Position numbers and translations under genes: made by a program. Of a DNA stretch of 64,000 nucleotides, positions 46,301-56,025 are shown piece after piece. This DNA comes from a virus, in the IMG/VR virus record IMGVR_UViG_3300028844_004984. The stretch is one strand, 5' to 3'. Each line of letters starts with the position of its first letter. The stretch's first letter is position 1. Under the pieces are notes generated by a model that searched no databases, had not been told where the DNA came from, and worked only from the letters and a program-made list of their open reading frames with translations.

Positions 46301-48856
46301 ATGGCTCAAACAATAAAACATAGAAGAGGTTCGGTATCATCCGTAAGGAATATTACCTCATTTGGTGAAGCGGAACTTGTAATAGGTAGTGGTTCGGTTG
46401 ATGGTAAGGTAGATGGACCGATAGTATATATCGGTAAGCCGGGTGGAACAAGTGCGGCAAATGATTACGCACCCATATCAAAGATATACACAGGCGCTGG
46501 GATACCATCTATGACTCCTGGAAATTTTGGTTCTACAATGGATGGGTTACCATACTATGATTCTACTAATAAAAAGCTGTACATCTTAGGTTCACACGCA
46601 GATGGTGAATCGGGACATACCGAAATCATAATCACAACATCATCACTACAGAACTTTGATAATCATGTATCCGCATCTGCAGCAGCTGCTGGATTTGGAG
46701 CGGGTGGTTCTGATGGTATCTTTGTTTTAGAATCAGGAGCGATATATCGTTCATCGGATAAGGATTTGCAAATCACAGGTTCTAATTCCGACCAATACGC
46801 ATTAAAGGTATCTCAATCAATTCAAGCACATAATATAAATGCTGGTGTACCAACATCAAATGACTGGCAAAATAACTTAGATGGTTCGTACTTTAACAAT
46901 TTCACAAAAGATACAGATGTATCTGAAATACTAAGATTCATCGCTGGACTGCTATCATCATCAGCAGCGGATGCATCTCCAAACTCAAGAACATATTCGA
47001 CTATAGTTGAAAGTTTTTCAAGCACATCAGGAACAGGAACAATTTCAGGTAGAGTTTCACAAAATCACGATATCGATGATATTACATATTTGGTTGACCA
47101 AGGATTCGCATCAGTTGGTGGTACTCTTTTTCCTGGCAAAACAGTTAGAACAAATACTGGATATTCGGTTTCGTATAGGTCTAATTCAGGTGGTACATCA
47201 GATGTACAATCATCGGCCGATTCTCAATTATTTGGATTGGGCAAATTAACAAGTGGTGGTCCTACTGAATTTAGGGTTAGTGGTTCTCATATTTGGGAAT
47301 TTGATAACAATAATTCAGGAACTTTAACGGAAACATCTTCTTCTGCGGTGATTTTATCCAATTCTTCATTTGGAACTTCAAATGGACTAACTTTAGGTAA
47401 AATTAACACTGTGAATCCAACTGTAATTCCAGCAGCATATCAAGATGGTAAATTCTCGGGTGTATTTTCTCAAAATCTAATTGATTGGACTTCAGAAAGT
47501 TTAACATCTGTATCATCATCTGGTACATATACGATAACAACAACAATTGGTATAGAAACTGGCTCTCAATCTACATATGTAACAGCACCTGCTGTAAGTG
47601 AAGAAATATTTTGGGCACCAATTTCAACCATAAATACAAATATTGGTACAACTACACCAACCGATAGTAATACAGCAACTACCGCACTTACGTTAACATC
47701 AAGTTCTCTATCCGGAGCACCATATGTTACAGGTGGTACATATCGATTGATATCATCTGCTAGTGGATTATTCAATCCGATGTATGTTGCATCTACTACC
47801 GCAGCAAGAGTTGTTATATCTTCACCCACACCATCAAATGTGAGTGTAGCTAAAACAAGTGGTACTGATACTTTAAGTACAAATGGTGGTACTATACAAA
47901 CATCGAATGCAGTATTTTCTGAAACTGGAAACACTGTAAGAGCAACAAGCACAGTACCACATAAAACCGATAGATTTCATACCAACGCTACATACACACT
48001 TAGTGGAACGGGTACAACCTTCAGCGAGAATGGATTTGCAGATACAGACTTTACATTATCGGTTCGTGGTACAAACAGAAATAGTTCAGAAACAAATATG
48101 GGAACTGAAACCGTAGAAATCCACTCAGCGGGTGCATTCAACCAACCAGCAGCAAGTGGTTCAATGGGATATTTCGGTGGTGGAACTGCTAGTACAGCAA
48201 CAGTGGAACGATTTTCTAATGAAACATACAGAAGGCAGATAGGTACTTCAACAGGATTGACTACTGCTTGGGATTCTGAAGATAGAATAACATTAGGAGA
48301 TGGTGGTGATTTGCAAGTTAAGCCAGGATTTTTGGTAAATGCAGAATCTACCACAAATGGTACTGGGTATTGGTATCCTACATCTGGTTACAACGCAGCA
48401 CATTATAAGTGGTATCTGAGAGAAGTTGATACATCGGCAAGTAATAACAAAGGTAGCTTGATATTAAACTTTAATCCGGACTCATCATCTAATTTCGCAG
48501 CGTTTGATAGTACAACGACTGGTAAGATTGCCATAGGGGTAATCTTCGAAGCACAGCTACCATCAAATAGTGGTGATAGTAGAACAATAATATTTGATGC
48601 TGTTAAGGGTAATGGTACATATGGTGGTGGTGAAGATAATATCTCATCATCAAATCAAAAAAATCCATTTAGTGATAATGTAGATTTGCAAGCAGACTTC
48701 TCATCACTCACAGACTCATCAGGTACACTAACACTTGGCTTGAACAACTCAGTAAACCAAACTATTAATGGAACTTATGGTAAGGTTTGGGTTTTAATTA
48801 GATATACTGGTTCACCATCTGACACACTAACTCAATTAACAGTGACAACATCGTAA
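46301..48856 (+). CDS. Fibre/spike-like virion protein with Mtd-N-like N-terminus
   Basis: MAQTIKHRRG...GEAEL; S/T/G-rich beta body. Confidence 0.6.
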   Translation: MAQTIKHRRGSVSSVRNITSFGEAELVIGSGSVDGKVDGPIVYIGKPGGTSAANDYAPISKIYTGAGIPSMTPGNFGSTMDGLPYYDSTNKKLYILGSHADGESGHTEIIITTSSLQNFDNHVSASAAAAGFGAGGSDGIFVLESGAIYRSSDKDLQITGSNSDQYALKVSQSIQAHNINAGVPTSNDWQNNLDGSYFNNFTKDTDVSEILRFIAGLLSSSAADASPNSRTYSTIVESFSSTSGTGTISGRVSQNHDIDDITYLVDQGFASVGGTLFPGKTVRTNTGYSVSYRSNSGGTSDVQSSADSQLFGLGKLTSGGPTEFRVSGSHIWEFDNNNSGTLTETSSSAVILSNSSFGTSNGLTLGKINTVNPTVIPAAYQDGKFSGVFSQNLIDWTSESLTSVSSSGTYTITTTIGIETGSQSTYVTAPAVSEEIFWAPISTINTNIGTTTPTDSNTATTALTLTSSSLSGAPYVTGGTYRLISSASGLFNPMYVASTTAARVVISSPTPSNVSVAKTSGTDTLSTNGGTIQTSNAVFSETGNTVRATSTVPHKTDRFHTNATYTLSGTGTTFSENGFADTDFTLSVRGTNRNSSETNMGTETVEIHSAGAFNQPAASGSMGYFGGGTASTATVERFSNETYRRQIGTSTGLTTAWDSEDRITLGDGGDLQVKPGFLVNAESTTNGTGYWYPTSGYNAAHYKWYLREVDTSASNNKGSLILNFNPDSSSNFAAFDSTTTGKIAIGVIFEAQLPSNSGDSRTIIFDAVKGNGTYGGGEDNISSSNQKNPFSDNVDLQADFSSLTDSSGTLTLGLNNSVNQTINGTYGKVWVLIRYTGSPSDTLTQLTVTTS

Positions 48857-48871
48857 TAAAGAGGGATAAAA

Positions 48872-50071
48872 ATGGCATATGATACAAATAATAGGTCGGA
48901 ACGTTTACTACAAGGTAGACGTTTTACCACAGATAATCTAACTCTAAGTCAGGAAGCATTTACGGATGTTTTCGACTTGGGAGCGGGTGAGATATTTACG
49001 GATGATGGTTTAATCCCAACTGGAAGTTCTCAATTGGCCTATAGTGGTTCATCGCAAGATGGCGAAATCATATCGGGTAGTATTGTAAATCCATCAATCA
49101 GTTCAGATGTTTCTGTATTGAAGTTCCATCACAGGCACAAATTAAAACAAGCGGCTGATGGACAACGTGAAGTATACTACTTTACAACATCAGAACCCGC
49201 ATCTGTGAGTGAAACTGTAACATCAGACCAGTTGATTGAGACCGACCAGCAGACAAATTTTGTATCACCAAAATACATTATAGCAGCACACTCAACGAGA
49301 AATGCTGAGGCGCTGAGTCCTGGTTACAAAGCAGTTGTATACAAAAGTACTGCAACAGATGGGGATAGTGTTTCCGAATCTGCAATAACAGATGATAAAT
49401 ATGTATTCGATTATAAGACTGGTGTGTTGACATGGGTGGGTAGTAATCAGCCAGCTTCAAATCAATTTGTATATATGACCGTTTATCAGTACGTTGGTAG
49501 AACCCTCCGTTCTCAGATTGATGATGGTTCAATTGGTGGGGGTGGTGCATCATCGTTTACCGAATTAACAAATGTGCCTGATGGATTGGTATCGGGTTCG
49601 GCACAAACTATAGCAAATCTACCTGATGGAACTGTATCTGGTTCAGTTCAGATTGAGATAAATTCCACTACTGGGACATTAACAACTCTTGGTACGGTAA
49701 CTTCGGGTGATGTAACAAATATACTACCATCGGGTGTAGTATCCGGCTCAATACAAGTATCATATACAGGATTATCAAACGTACCAGCTGATATAATAAG
49801 CGGTTCAGAACAAATAGCATCAAACTTACCAGATGGTGTGGTTAGTGGTTCAGCACAAACCATAGCTAACTTAGTTGGACAAGATGTTATAGTAAGAAAC
49901 CTAACGGCAGAAAACTATGTTGTAAGTTCATCAGTAACACATATGACTACATCATTTAGTAGTGGTTCGACTATATTTGGAGATGATATTGCAGATACAC
50001 ATCAAATGACAGGTTCTTTGTTTGTATCGGGAAGTATTTCGTTTAGTGAAATTGATGGTGGAAACTTCTAA
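48872..50071 (+). CDS. Fibre-like virion protein
   Basis: LPDG.VSGS.Q repeats; SGSTIFGD...DTHQMTGS; C-terminal IDGGNF. Confidence 0.6.
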   Translation: MAYDTNNRSERLLQGRRFTTDNLTLSQEAFTDVFDLGAGEIFTDDGLIPTGSSQLAYSGSSQDGEIISGSIVNPSISSDVSVLKFHHRHKLKQAADGQREVYYFTTSEPASVSETVTSDQLIETDQQTNFVSPKYIIAAHSTRNAEALSPGYKAVVYKSTATDGDSVSESAITDDKYVFDYKTGVLTWVGSNQPASNQFVYMTVYQYVGRTLRSQIDDGSIGGGGASSFTELTNVPDGLVSGSAQTIANLPDGTVSGSVQIEINSTTGTLTTLGTVTSGDVTNILPSGVVSGSIQVSYTGLSNVPADIISGSEQIASNLPDGVVSGSAQTIANLVGQDVIVRNLTAENYVVSSSVTHMTTSFSSGSTIFGDDIADTHQMTGSLFVSGSISFSEIDGGNF

Positions 50072-50089
50072 CGGTATCGGATTTCATAA

Positions 50090-50488
50090 ATGGCTTCACA
50101 GAATACTATTAAGTTAAAACGCAGTTCAACGCAATCCAATGTACCATCTTTAGGTGATTTAACATTGGGCGAATTGGCTGTCAATACATTTGATGGTAAG
50201 TTATTTATAAAAAAAGATGATGGTTCAGAGGCAATAGAAACAATTGTAACTACACATGCACAGATTACTGGTTCAATAGAACTAACATCTGCAGTTACAT
50301 CATCATTTCAATTAATACATAGTACAGATGGCTCATCATTAGATATGTTAACAATTCGTGTTGGTGATGAGGATAGAGTAACTGTAAACTCAGATGGTAC
50401 ATTTATAATAAAGGAAGTAGATTCATTACCAACTGGAGAAACTGGCGGACTTGCAGTTAGTGGAAGTAACTTTTTTATATACTTATAA
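50090..50488 (+). CDS. Small fibre adaptor with Mtd-N-like domain
   Basis: TIKLKRS....VP....L.LGELAVNTFDGKLFIK. Confidence 0.65.
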   Translation: MASQNTIKLKRSSTQSNVPSLGDLTLGELAVNTFDGKLFIKKDDGSEAIETIVTTHAQITGSIELTSAVTSSFQLIHSTDGSSLDMLTIRVGDEDRVTVNSDGTFIIKEVDSLPTGETGGLAVSGSNFFIYL

Positions 50489-50508
50489 TCGTAAACAAAA
50501 TTTTTTAA

Positions 50509-50516
50509 TATTTATA
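50509..50516 (+). promoter_or_regulatory. Putative late promoter TATTTATA
   Basis: Upstream of ATG 50568 (GAGG SD). Confidence 0.7.
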
Positions 50517-50567
50517 TGCAACAACATAATGTTCATATAGTAAAAAACCAAAAAAGAGGAAAATAAA

Positions 50568-51887
50568 ATGGCAGAATGGAAAAAAGTAATTGTCTCGGGT
50601 TCAACAGCGGACTTAGCGGCAATTAATGTAGATGGAACGGTAACCGCTAACGCATTTAGTGGTGATGGTTCAGCCCTTACGGGCGTAGCTGCAGGAAGTA
50701 TCGATATCGATGGATTCACTGCAGGAACAGCACTGGTACAAGGAGACCTCTTCTTATATTCAGATGGTGGTACTGAAAAGAAAATTACATTTAGCAATGT
50801 AGAAGATGCAGTATTTGGTAACGTAAGTGGTGATGTAACAGTCGCTGCAGGTGGTGCTGCAACAATTGGAGCTGATAAAGTAGTAACTGCTAAGATTTTA
50901 GATGCTAACGTAACAACTGCTAAAATTGCAGATGATGCAGTTACCAATGCTAAAATCGGTTCAGGTGCTGTTGATACAACAGAACTTGCGGCTGATGCAG
51001 TTACCGCTGCTAAATTAGCAGATGATGCAGTTGTAACGGCTAACATTGTTGATGGTAACGTAACGACTGCTAAGATTGGAGCTGGTCAAGTTACAACTGC
51101 TAAGATTACAGACTTGAACGTAACAACTGGAAAAATTGCAGCTAGTGCAGTAACTACAGCTAAGATTGCAGATGACAACGTAACTACAGCTAAGATTGCA
51201 GAAGATGCAGTAACAACAACAGAACTTGCAGGTGATGCAGTTACAGGCAACGAAATCGCTGATGATTCGATTGATTCAGAACACTATGTCGATGGTTCTA
51301 TCGATACAGCCCACATTGCAAACCTACAGGTAACAACTGGAAAACTTGCAGCTGACGCAGTAACATCCGCTAAGATTGCAGATAATGCTGTAGATAGCGA
51401 GCACATTGCAGAAAACGCAATAGGAACATCAGAACTTGCGGCAACCATATCTGGCGCCCATACATTCCAAGCCTTGACTACAATAGGTGATTTGACTGTT
51501 GGTCAAGACCTTACTGTATCTGGTGATTTAACTGTAAGTGGTAATACTACTACATTGAACACTACAAACTTAGCAGTAGATGACCAATTGATTCTATTGA
51601 ATTCAGGTTCTACATCAGGTGATTCAGGTATCGTATTTGGTGGTTCGCTTGGAACAGCTAACTCTGGTATGGCACTTATCTTAGATGATTCAGATGATAG
51701 ACTTGTATTCCAAGCTACGGCTTTGGATCCAGATTCAACTGGAACACCATTTGTACCATCTGCAACAAACCACTACTCAATCGTAGGTTCATTTGAAGGT
51801 AGTGAAGCAGACGCTGCAACTGCAAAAGCAAACAAAGTTGGTAATATCAGAGTTGACTCTTCTGCTGATATCTTCATCTACGTTTAA
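50568..51887 (+). CDS. Tail fibre protein with decapeptide repeats
   Basis: MAEWKKVIVSGS N-terminus; [AD]D.[AN]VT.AKI repeats; GDLTVSG..TTLNTTNL.V.D motif. Confidence 0.7.
   Translation: MAEWKKVIVSGSTADLAAINVDGTVTANAFSGDGSALTGVAAGSIDIDGFTAGTALVQGDLFLYSDGGTEKKITFSNVEDAVFGNVSGDVTVAAGGAATIGADKVVTAKILDANVTTAKIADDAVTNAKIGSGAVDTTELAADAVTAAKLADDAVVTANIVDGNVTTAKIGAGQVTTAKITDLNVTTGKIAASAVTTAKIADDNVTTAKIAEDAVTTTELAGDAVTGNEIADDSIDSEHYVDGSIDTAHIANLQVTTGKLAADAVTSAKIADNAVDSEHIAENAIGTSELAATISGAHTFQALTTIGDLTVGQDLTVSGDLTVSGNTTTLNTTNLAVDDQLILLNSGSTSGDSGIVFGGSLGTANSGMALILDDSDDRLVFQATALDPDSTGTPFVPSATNHYSIVGSFEGSEADAATAKANKVGNIRVDSSADIFIYV
50870..51440 (+). repeat. Tandem 30-bp (10-aa) repeats, consensus ADDAVTTAKI
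   Basis: About 19 imperfect units seen in translation; boundaries approximate. Confidence 0.85.
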
Positions 51888-51912
51888 TCTAACCCAAAAT
51901 AAGTTATAAAAT

Positions 51913-52089
51913 ATGGGACTTACAGATTTAAGACGTAAAGATACATCTGAAAAAAAAGTTGAGCACGAGTTTACAAACGAGGAGTTAGATTTCCTCTTAC
52001 AACTAATAGCCAACTCAACGTTTGAAGGACGAGATGTTCAACTGGTGTATCAGGTCGCTCTGAAGATACAGAATAAAATAAAAGGTTAA
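51913..52089 (+). CDS. Small hypothetical protein, 58 aa (not in ORF track; possible fibre chaperone)
   Basis: MGLTDLRRK...ELDFLLQLIANSTFEGRDVQLVYQVALKIQ; followed by a terminator. Confidence 0.65.
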   Translation: MGLTDLRRKDTSEKKVEHEFTNEELDFLLQLIANSTFEGRDVQLVYQVALKIQNKIKG

Positions 52090-52092
52090 CAG

Positions 52093-52121
52093 AAACCCCC
52101 ACAGAAATGTGGGGGTTTTTT
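52093..52121 (+). terminator. Intrinsic terminator
   Basis: AAACCCCCACA-GAAA-TGTGGGGGTTT plus Ts. Confidence 0.92.
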
Positions 52122-52142
52122 CATTTAATATATTTACTCACA

Positions 52143-52150
52143 TACTTATT
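52143..52150 (+). promoter_or_regulatory. Putative late promoter variant TACTTATT
   Basis: After the terminator, before a GC-rich leader and ATG 52225. Confidence 0.45.
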
Positions 52151-52224
52151 GTTAGAAGCTTTTGTATTGGCCCGAAAGGGAAGTGGGCTTATAGTAACCA
52201 ACCATATAAAACGGAATAAAGGAT

Positions 52225-54678
52225 ATGCCAAATTGGAAAAAAGTCGTTACATCTGGTAGCGACACAGCGTTAAACTCCCTATCGATGTCGGGAGATATCA
52301 TACCAGACCAGGACAATGTACATACACTTGGTACTGCTGATAATAGATTTAAATTGAATGGTGGGCTGCCAGTAAACGTAAGTGGCACAGGTACTGCTAA
52401 TAAACTCACCAGATTTCAGGGTTCAAATACTGTAGAAGATTCAAAGATAACTTCGACTGATACACAAACTACCATAGACCATGATAGCGACGGTAATATT
52501 ATATTTACTGTACAGGGTTCTAATGGTTCCTTAATGAACATAAGTGATGTAGATAATGGTGGCGCTGGGGTGTTATTCTCAGTTAATGATAATGCGGGGA
52601 TACCAATGTTTGAGGTATCATCAAGTGGTACATTGGTTGCTCAGAATCTATCATCGAGTAACGAATCGTTTATACTAACATACAATTCAGCTTCCGGCCG
52701 TATCCATTTTGCATCAAGCTCCACAGTAGGTGGTGGTGATGATTTAGGTAACCATACAGCCACTACTACCCTAAATATGAGTACTAACAACATAAGTAAT
52801 GTAACCTCTATTGATGGTACTTTTTCGCAAGACCTCACCATCAACGTAGGTGGTTCGGATGATTTGTTTGTATCTGCGAACAACATAAACTTGAATGATG
52901 AGGTAATATTAACCAATAATGGTGATGTGAATGCAAGTGGTGTTGTATCAGCGAGTACTGCAGTGAGTTCAAGTGATATATATACAACCAATCTACGCTC
53001 GATAGGGTCGCAGGATACTACAAGAATGAACCTAGGTGCTGGTCAGATACTTTTTTATGCTGGTGGGGGGGCCTCATCGTTCCAACATATGTCTATGAAT
53101 CTTGCACAGGGTACTATATTGAATGATGATGGTAACGCTAACTTTGATTTCAGAGTAGAAGGTGATACCGATACACATTTAATTTTCGCAGATGCAGGTG
53201 AAAATAGAGTTGGTATAGGTACTGATAGCCCAGCTTATTTATTTGATGTAGATGGAGCACTCCGTGCGACTGGAATGTATGTAGATACATCGATATTCCA
53301 TACTGATGATACTGACACCAAAATTACATTTGGTAATGACCAAATGTTCATGTACGTTGGTAATAAATCAACAATAGCATCAACTCCATCGATAGTAACT
53401 ATAAATGGTGAAGGAAACAATATGGATTTCCGAGTCGAAGGTGAAAATGACGGAGATTTGATTTATACGGATGCAGCTAACGACCGAGTTGGTATAAGTA
53501 CTAGCACCCCATCAACTCTCTTTGATGTGGCAGGCGAATCTTCTCTTAGTAGTATTTTATTGGGTTCTACAATGAGACATGAAGGTGACCTCGATACCAG
53601 AATTGCATTCACTACTAATCAAATAGTTCTAACAACCGACGCGGCCGCTGATACATCTGTCACCATCAGTAATCTGAGCGTAACGATAAATGATGATGGG
53701 GCTGATAAAGATTTCATTGTTAATGGTAATGAAGCCGATTTAATTGTAGCAAGTGGTTCTCAGAATAGAGTTTACATAAAAGGCAGAAACGAACTATTAG
53801 ATAAAACACTAAACATACAAGGTGAAGTAACAGCATCAGATGTTTACATAGATGATTGGGGTTCGGTATCATCATCGTTAGCAAATGCAGGAGGTACACT
53901 ACCCGATACTGGTCCTGGAGCTGGAACGTATGGTTCAACTTCCAATAGTACTAAAATCGACCAAATCACATTAGATGCGAAAGGAAGAGTAACCGCTGTA
54001 ACTACGGGAACTACTGGCGATGGTGATATCACAGGTGTAACTGCTGGAACTGGACTAACTGGTGGCGGTACATCAGGCACTGTAACTTTAAATTTAGATA
54101 ACCCTATATCAAAAGTAGGTATTCAGGTCGGTTCTGGAACTTCAGCAGCACCATCTATATCATTTTTTGATGGAACAGATTATGGGTGGTATCAAACTTC
54201 GCTTAGCAAAGTAAGTGTAGCGACCATAACCTTTGCCTTCAATGGTAATAACCAGATGATACACGATGAAGATGGTATTCAAATCACATCTGATTATGCA
54301 CTTGGGGTTGGTGTAGCACCATCAACAACTAATGGTAGAATTGATGCATCTAATGATATCGTAGCATTCTCATCTTCAGATATAAGATGGAAAGAAAATA
54401 TCAAACCAATTGAAAACGCATTGAATAAAGTATCTCAAATCGGGGGATATGAATTTGATTGGAAAGAGTTACCCGATGATAAAAAAGAAACTCAGCATGG
54501 AAATGTTGGACATGATGTTGGGGTAATAGCACAAGAGATTGAAAAAGTACTGCCAGAGGTTGTAACCACTCGTGATAATGGATTTATGGCTGTACAATAT
54601 GAAAAGATAGTTCCGTTATTGATAGAATCAATCAAAGAATTGAAAGCAGAAGTTGAAGAACTAAAACGGAGATTATAA
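52225..54678 (+). CDS. Tail fibre with C-terminal peptidase S74 intramolecular chaperone
   Basis: MPNWKKVVTSGS; DFRVEG..D..LI..DA...RVGI.T..P repeats; SSDIRWKENI...GVIAQE...YEKIVPLLIESIKEL. Confidence 0.85.
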   Translation: MPNWKKVVTSGSDTALNSLSMSGDIIPDQDNVHTLGTADNRFKLNGGLPVNVSGTGTANKLTRFQGSNTVEDSKITSTDTQTTIDHDSDGNIIFTVQGSNGSLMNISDVDNGGAGVLFSVNDNAGIPMFEVSSSGTLVAQNLSSSNESFILTYNSASGRIHFASSSTVGGGDDLGNHTATTTLNMSTNNISNVTSIDGTFSQDLTINVGGSDDLFVSANNINLNDEVILTNNGDVNASGVVSASTAVSSSDIYTTNLRSIGSQDTTRMNLGAGQILFYAGGGASSFQHMSMNLAQGTILNDDGNANFDFRVEGDTDTHLIFADAGENRVGIGTDSPAYLFDVDGALRATGMYVDTSIFHTDDTDTKITFGNDQMFMYVGNKSTIASTPSIVTINGEGNNMDFRVEGENDGDLIYTDAANDRVGISTSTPSTLFDVAGESSLSSILLGSTMRHEGDLDTRIAFTTNQIVLTTDAAADTSVTISNLSVTINDDGADKDFIVNGNEADLIVASGSQNRVYIKGRNELLDKTLNIQGEVTASDVYIDDWGSVSSSLANAGGTLPDTGPGAGTYGSTSNSTKIDQITLDAKGRVTAVTTGTTGDGDITGVTAGTGLTGGGTSGTVTLNLDNPISKVGIQVGSGTSAAPSISFFDGTDYGWYQTSLSKVSVATITFAFNGNNQMIHDEDGIQITSDYALGVGVAPSTTNGRIDASNDIVAFSSSDIRWKENIKPIENALNKVSQIGGYEFDWKELPDDKKETQHGNVGHDVGVIAQEIEKVLPEVVTTRDNGFMAVQYEKIVPLLIESIKELKAEVEELKRRL

Positions 54679-55343
54679 TGGCGGTTGGTACAACAAACAT
54701 AGGATTAGCAAGTACACTTAGAACCGAAATGGGCCTAACCACGGGTATAGAAACATCGCTACAAAGTATAAGTAAGGGTACTTATGCAACAATAAACACA
54801 AACTCAGCAAACAGACCTGATAGTTCCGCACCATTCGCAATGAGTGAGTTCCAAAGCTACGACCATACTACTGGTGGTACAACAAAGTTCAATATAAATC
54901 ACACCAAATACTCAACCGGGGCACAAGCGTGCGCAGTTCCCGCTAATCTTACAGAATTTGGCGACCACGATGGTACTGGTGCATATCCGGTAGCAGGTGA
55001 TACAATCAGCATCAACGGTGCTGGGATTGGTACTGGTACTTGGAGATATCCAAGTGGATACCTTGTAACATCAAACTCAGTTGTTTCAGTAACAGGAGTT
55101 TGTGGTGGTCGTTCCGAACGCAGATACAAGCAAAATATCAAACAAATTGGCACATCTCCAATGGGAATTCCTATCTATGAATTTGAGTACAAAAACAAAT
55201 TACATGGTTCTGGTAAATATGTAGGAGCTATGGTTGATGATTTGATGAGAATTGGGTTTGAAAGTGCGTTGTACACCCTAAATAACGAAATTTGGGTAGA
55301 TTACGATAAAATTGATGTACCATTCGAAAAAATATACAAATAA
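54678..55343 (+). CDS. Short fibre-tip protein with S74-like C-terminal domain
   Basis: P.AMSEF.SY N-terminal motif; SERRYKQNI...GIPIYEFEY...G.M...VDY.KI. Confidence 0.65.
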   Translation: MAVGTTNIGLASTLRTEMGLTTGIETSLQSISKGTYATINTNSANRPDSSAPFAMSEFQSYDHTTGGTTKFNINHTKYSTGAQACAVPANLTEFGDHDGTGAYPVAGDTISINGAGIGTGTWRYPSGYLVTSNSVVSVTGVCGGRSERRYKQNIKQIGTSPMGIPIYEFEYKNKLHGSGKYVGAMVDDLMRIGFESALYTLNNEIWVDYDKIDVPFEKIYK

Positions 55344-55981
55344 TGAATCTCCCCAAAAGTAGATTAGAGGCATACCTACAAAACAATGTTGAATATACAG
55401 ATACCTCAATGATATCAGATATTGCGGGTGTTTGTTGTCCCGTTATGGATGTTGAAGAAGATGGCATAATGAAAGAAACTGCCAGAATGTTATGTTCAAA
55501 TGGTGGTTCTGTTCTAAATGTTGGATTTGGTATGGGTATCATAGATAGTTACATAAAAAGCCACAACCCATCTGAGCATATTATGATAGAAGCACACCCA
55601 ATGGTCGTAGAACATGCCAATTCTTTGGGATTTGAACCAATATTGGGAAAGTGGGAAGATGTTATTCCAAAATTTATTGAAGAGGGTAAGAAGTTTGATA
55701 GTATATACTTTGATACATTCACATTTGATTACCACACCGACCCACAATGGGGACCATTTACAAAATTAGTACCTCAGTTACTGAATAAGAGTGGTATTTA
55801 TTCGTTCTTCAATGATATCGCATCGAAGGTTGAAAAAGTAGAAGAAATTATAGAACCTTGGGGGTGGGAACGTAATGTAAAATACGTTTCTTACATAGAA
55901 AGAGAACAACCAGCGGATAGTGAAGTAATAATCCCAGTCGATCGTGGTGATTATGAGTTAGTGTGGTATGTGAGTAACTGA
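55343..55981 (+). CDS. Class I SAM-dependent methyltransferase, Rmt2/GAMT-like
   Basis: VLNVGFGMGIID, IEAHP, GKWED, FDSIYFDTF, GIYSFFN. Confidence 0.8.
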   Translation: MNLPKSRLEAYLQNNVEYTDTSMISDIAGVCCPVMDVEEDGIMKETARMLCSNGGSVLNVGFGMGIIDSYIKSHNPSEHIMIEAHPMVVEHANSLGFEPILGKWEDVIPKFIEEGKKFDSIYFDTFTFDYHTDPQWGPFTKLVPQLLNKSGIYSFFNDIASKVEKVEEIIEPWGWERNVKYVSYIEREQPADSEVIIPVDRGDYELVWYVSN

Positions 55982-55997
55982 TTCTTAGTTATCTCCA

Positions 55998-56005
55998 TAT
56001 TTATA
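55998..56005 (+). promoter_or_regulatory. Putative late promoter TATTTATA
   Basis: Followed by TAAGGAG SD and ATG 56026. Confidence 0.7.
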
Positions 56006-56025
56006 TAAAAGATTAAGGAGATTTT

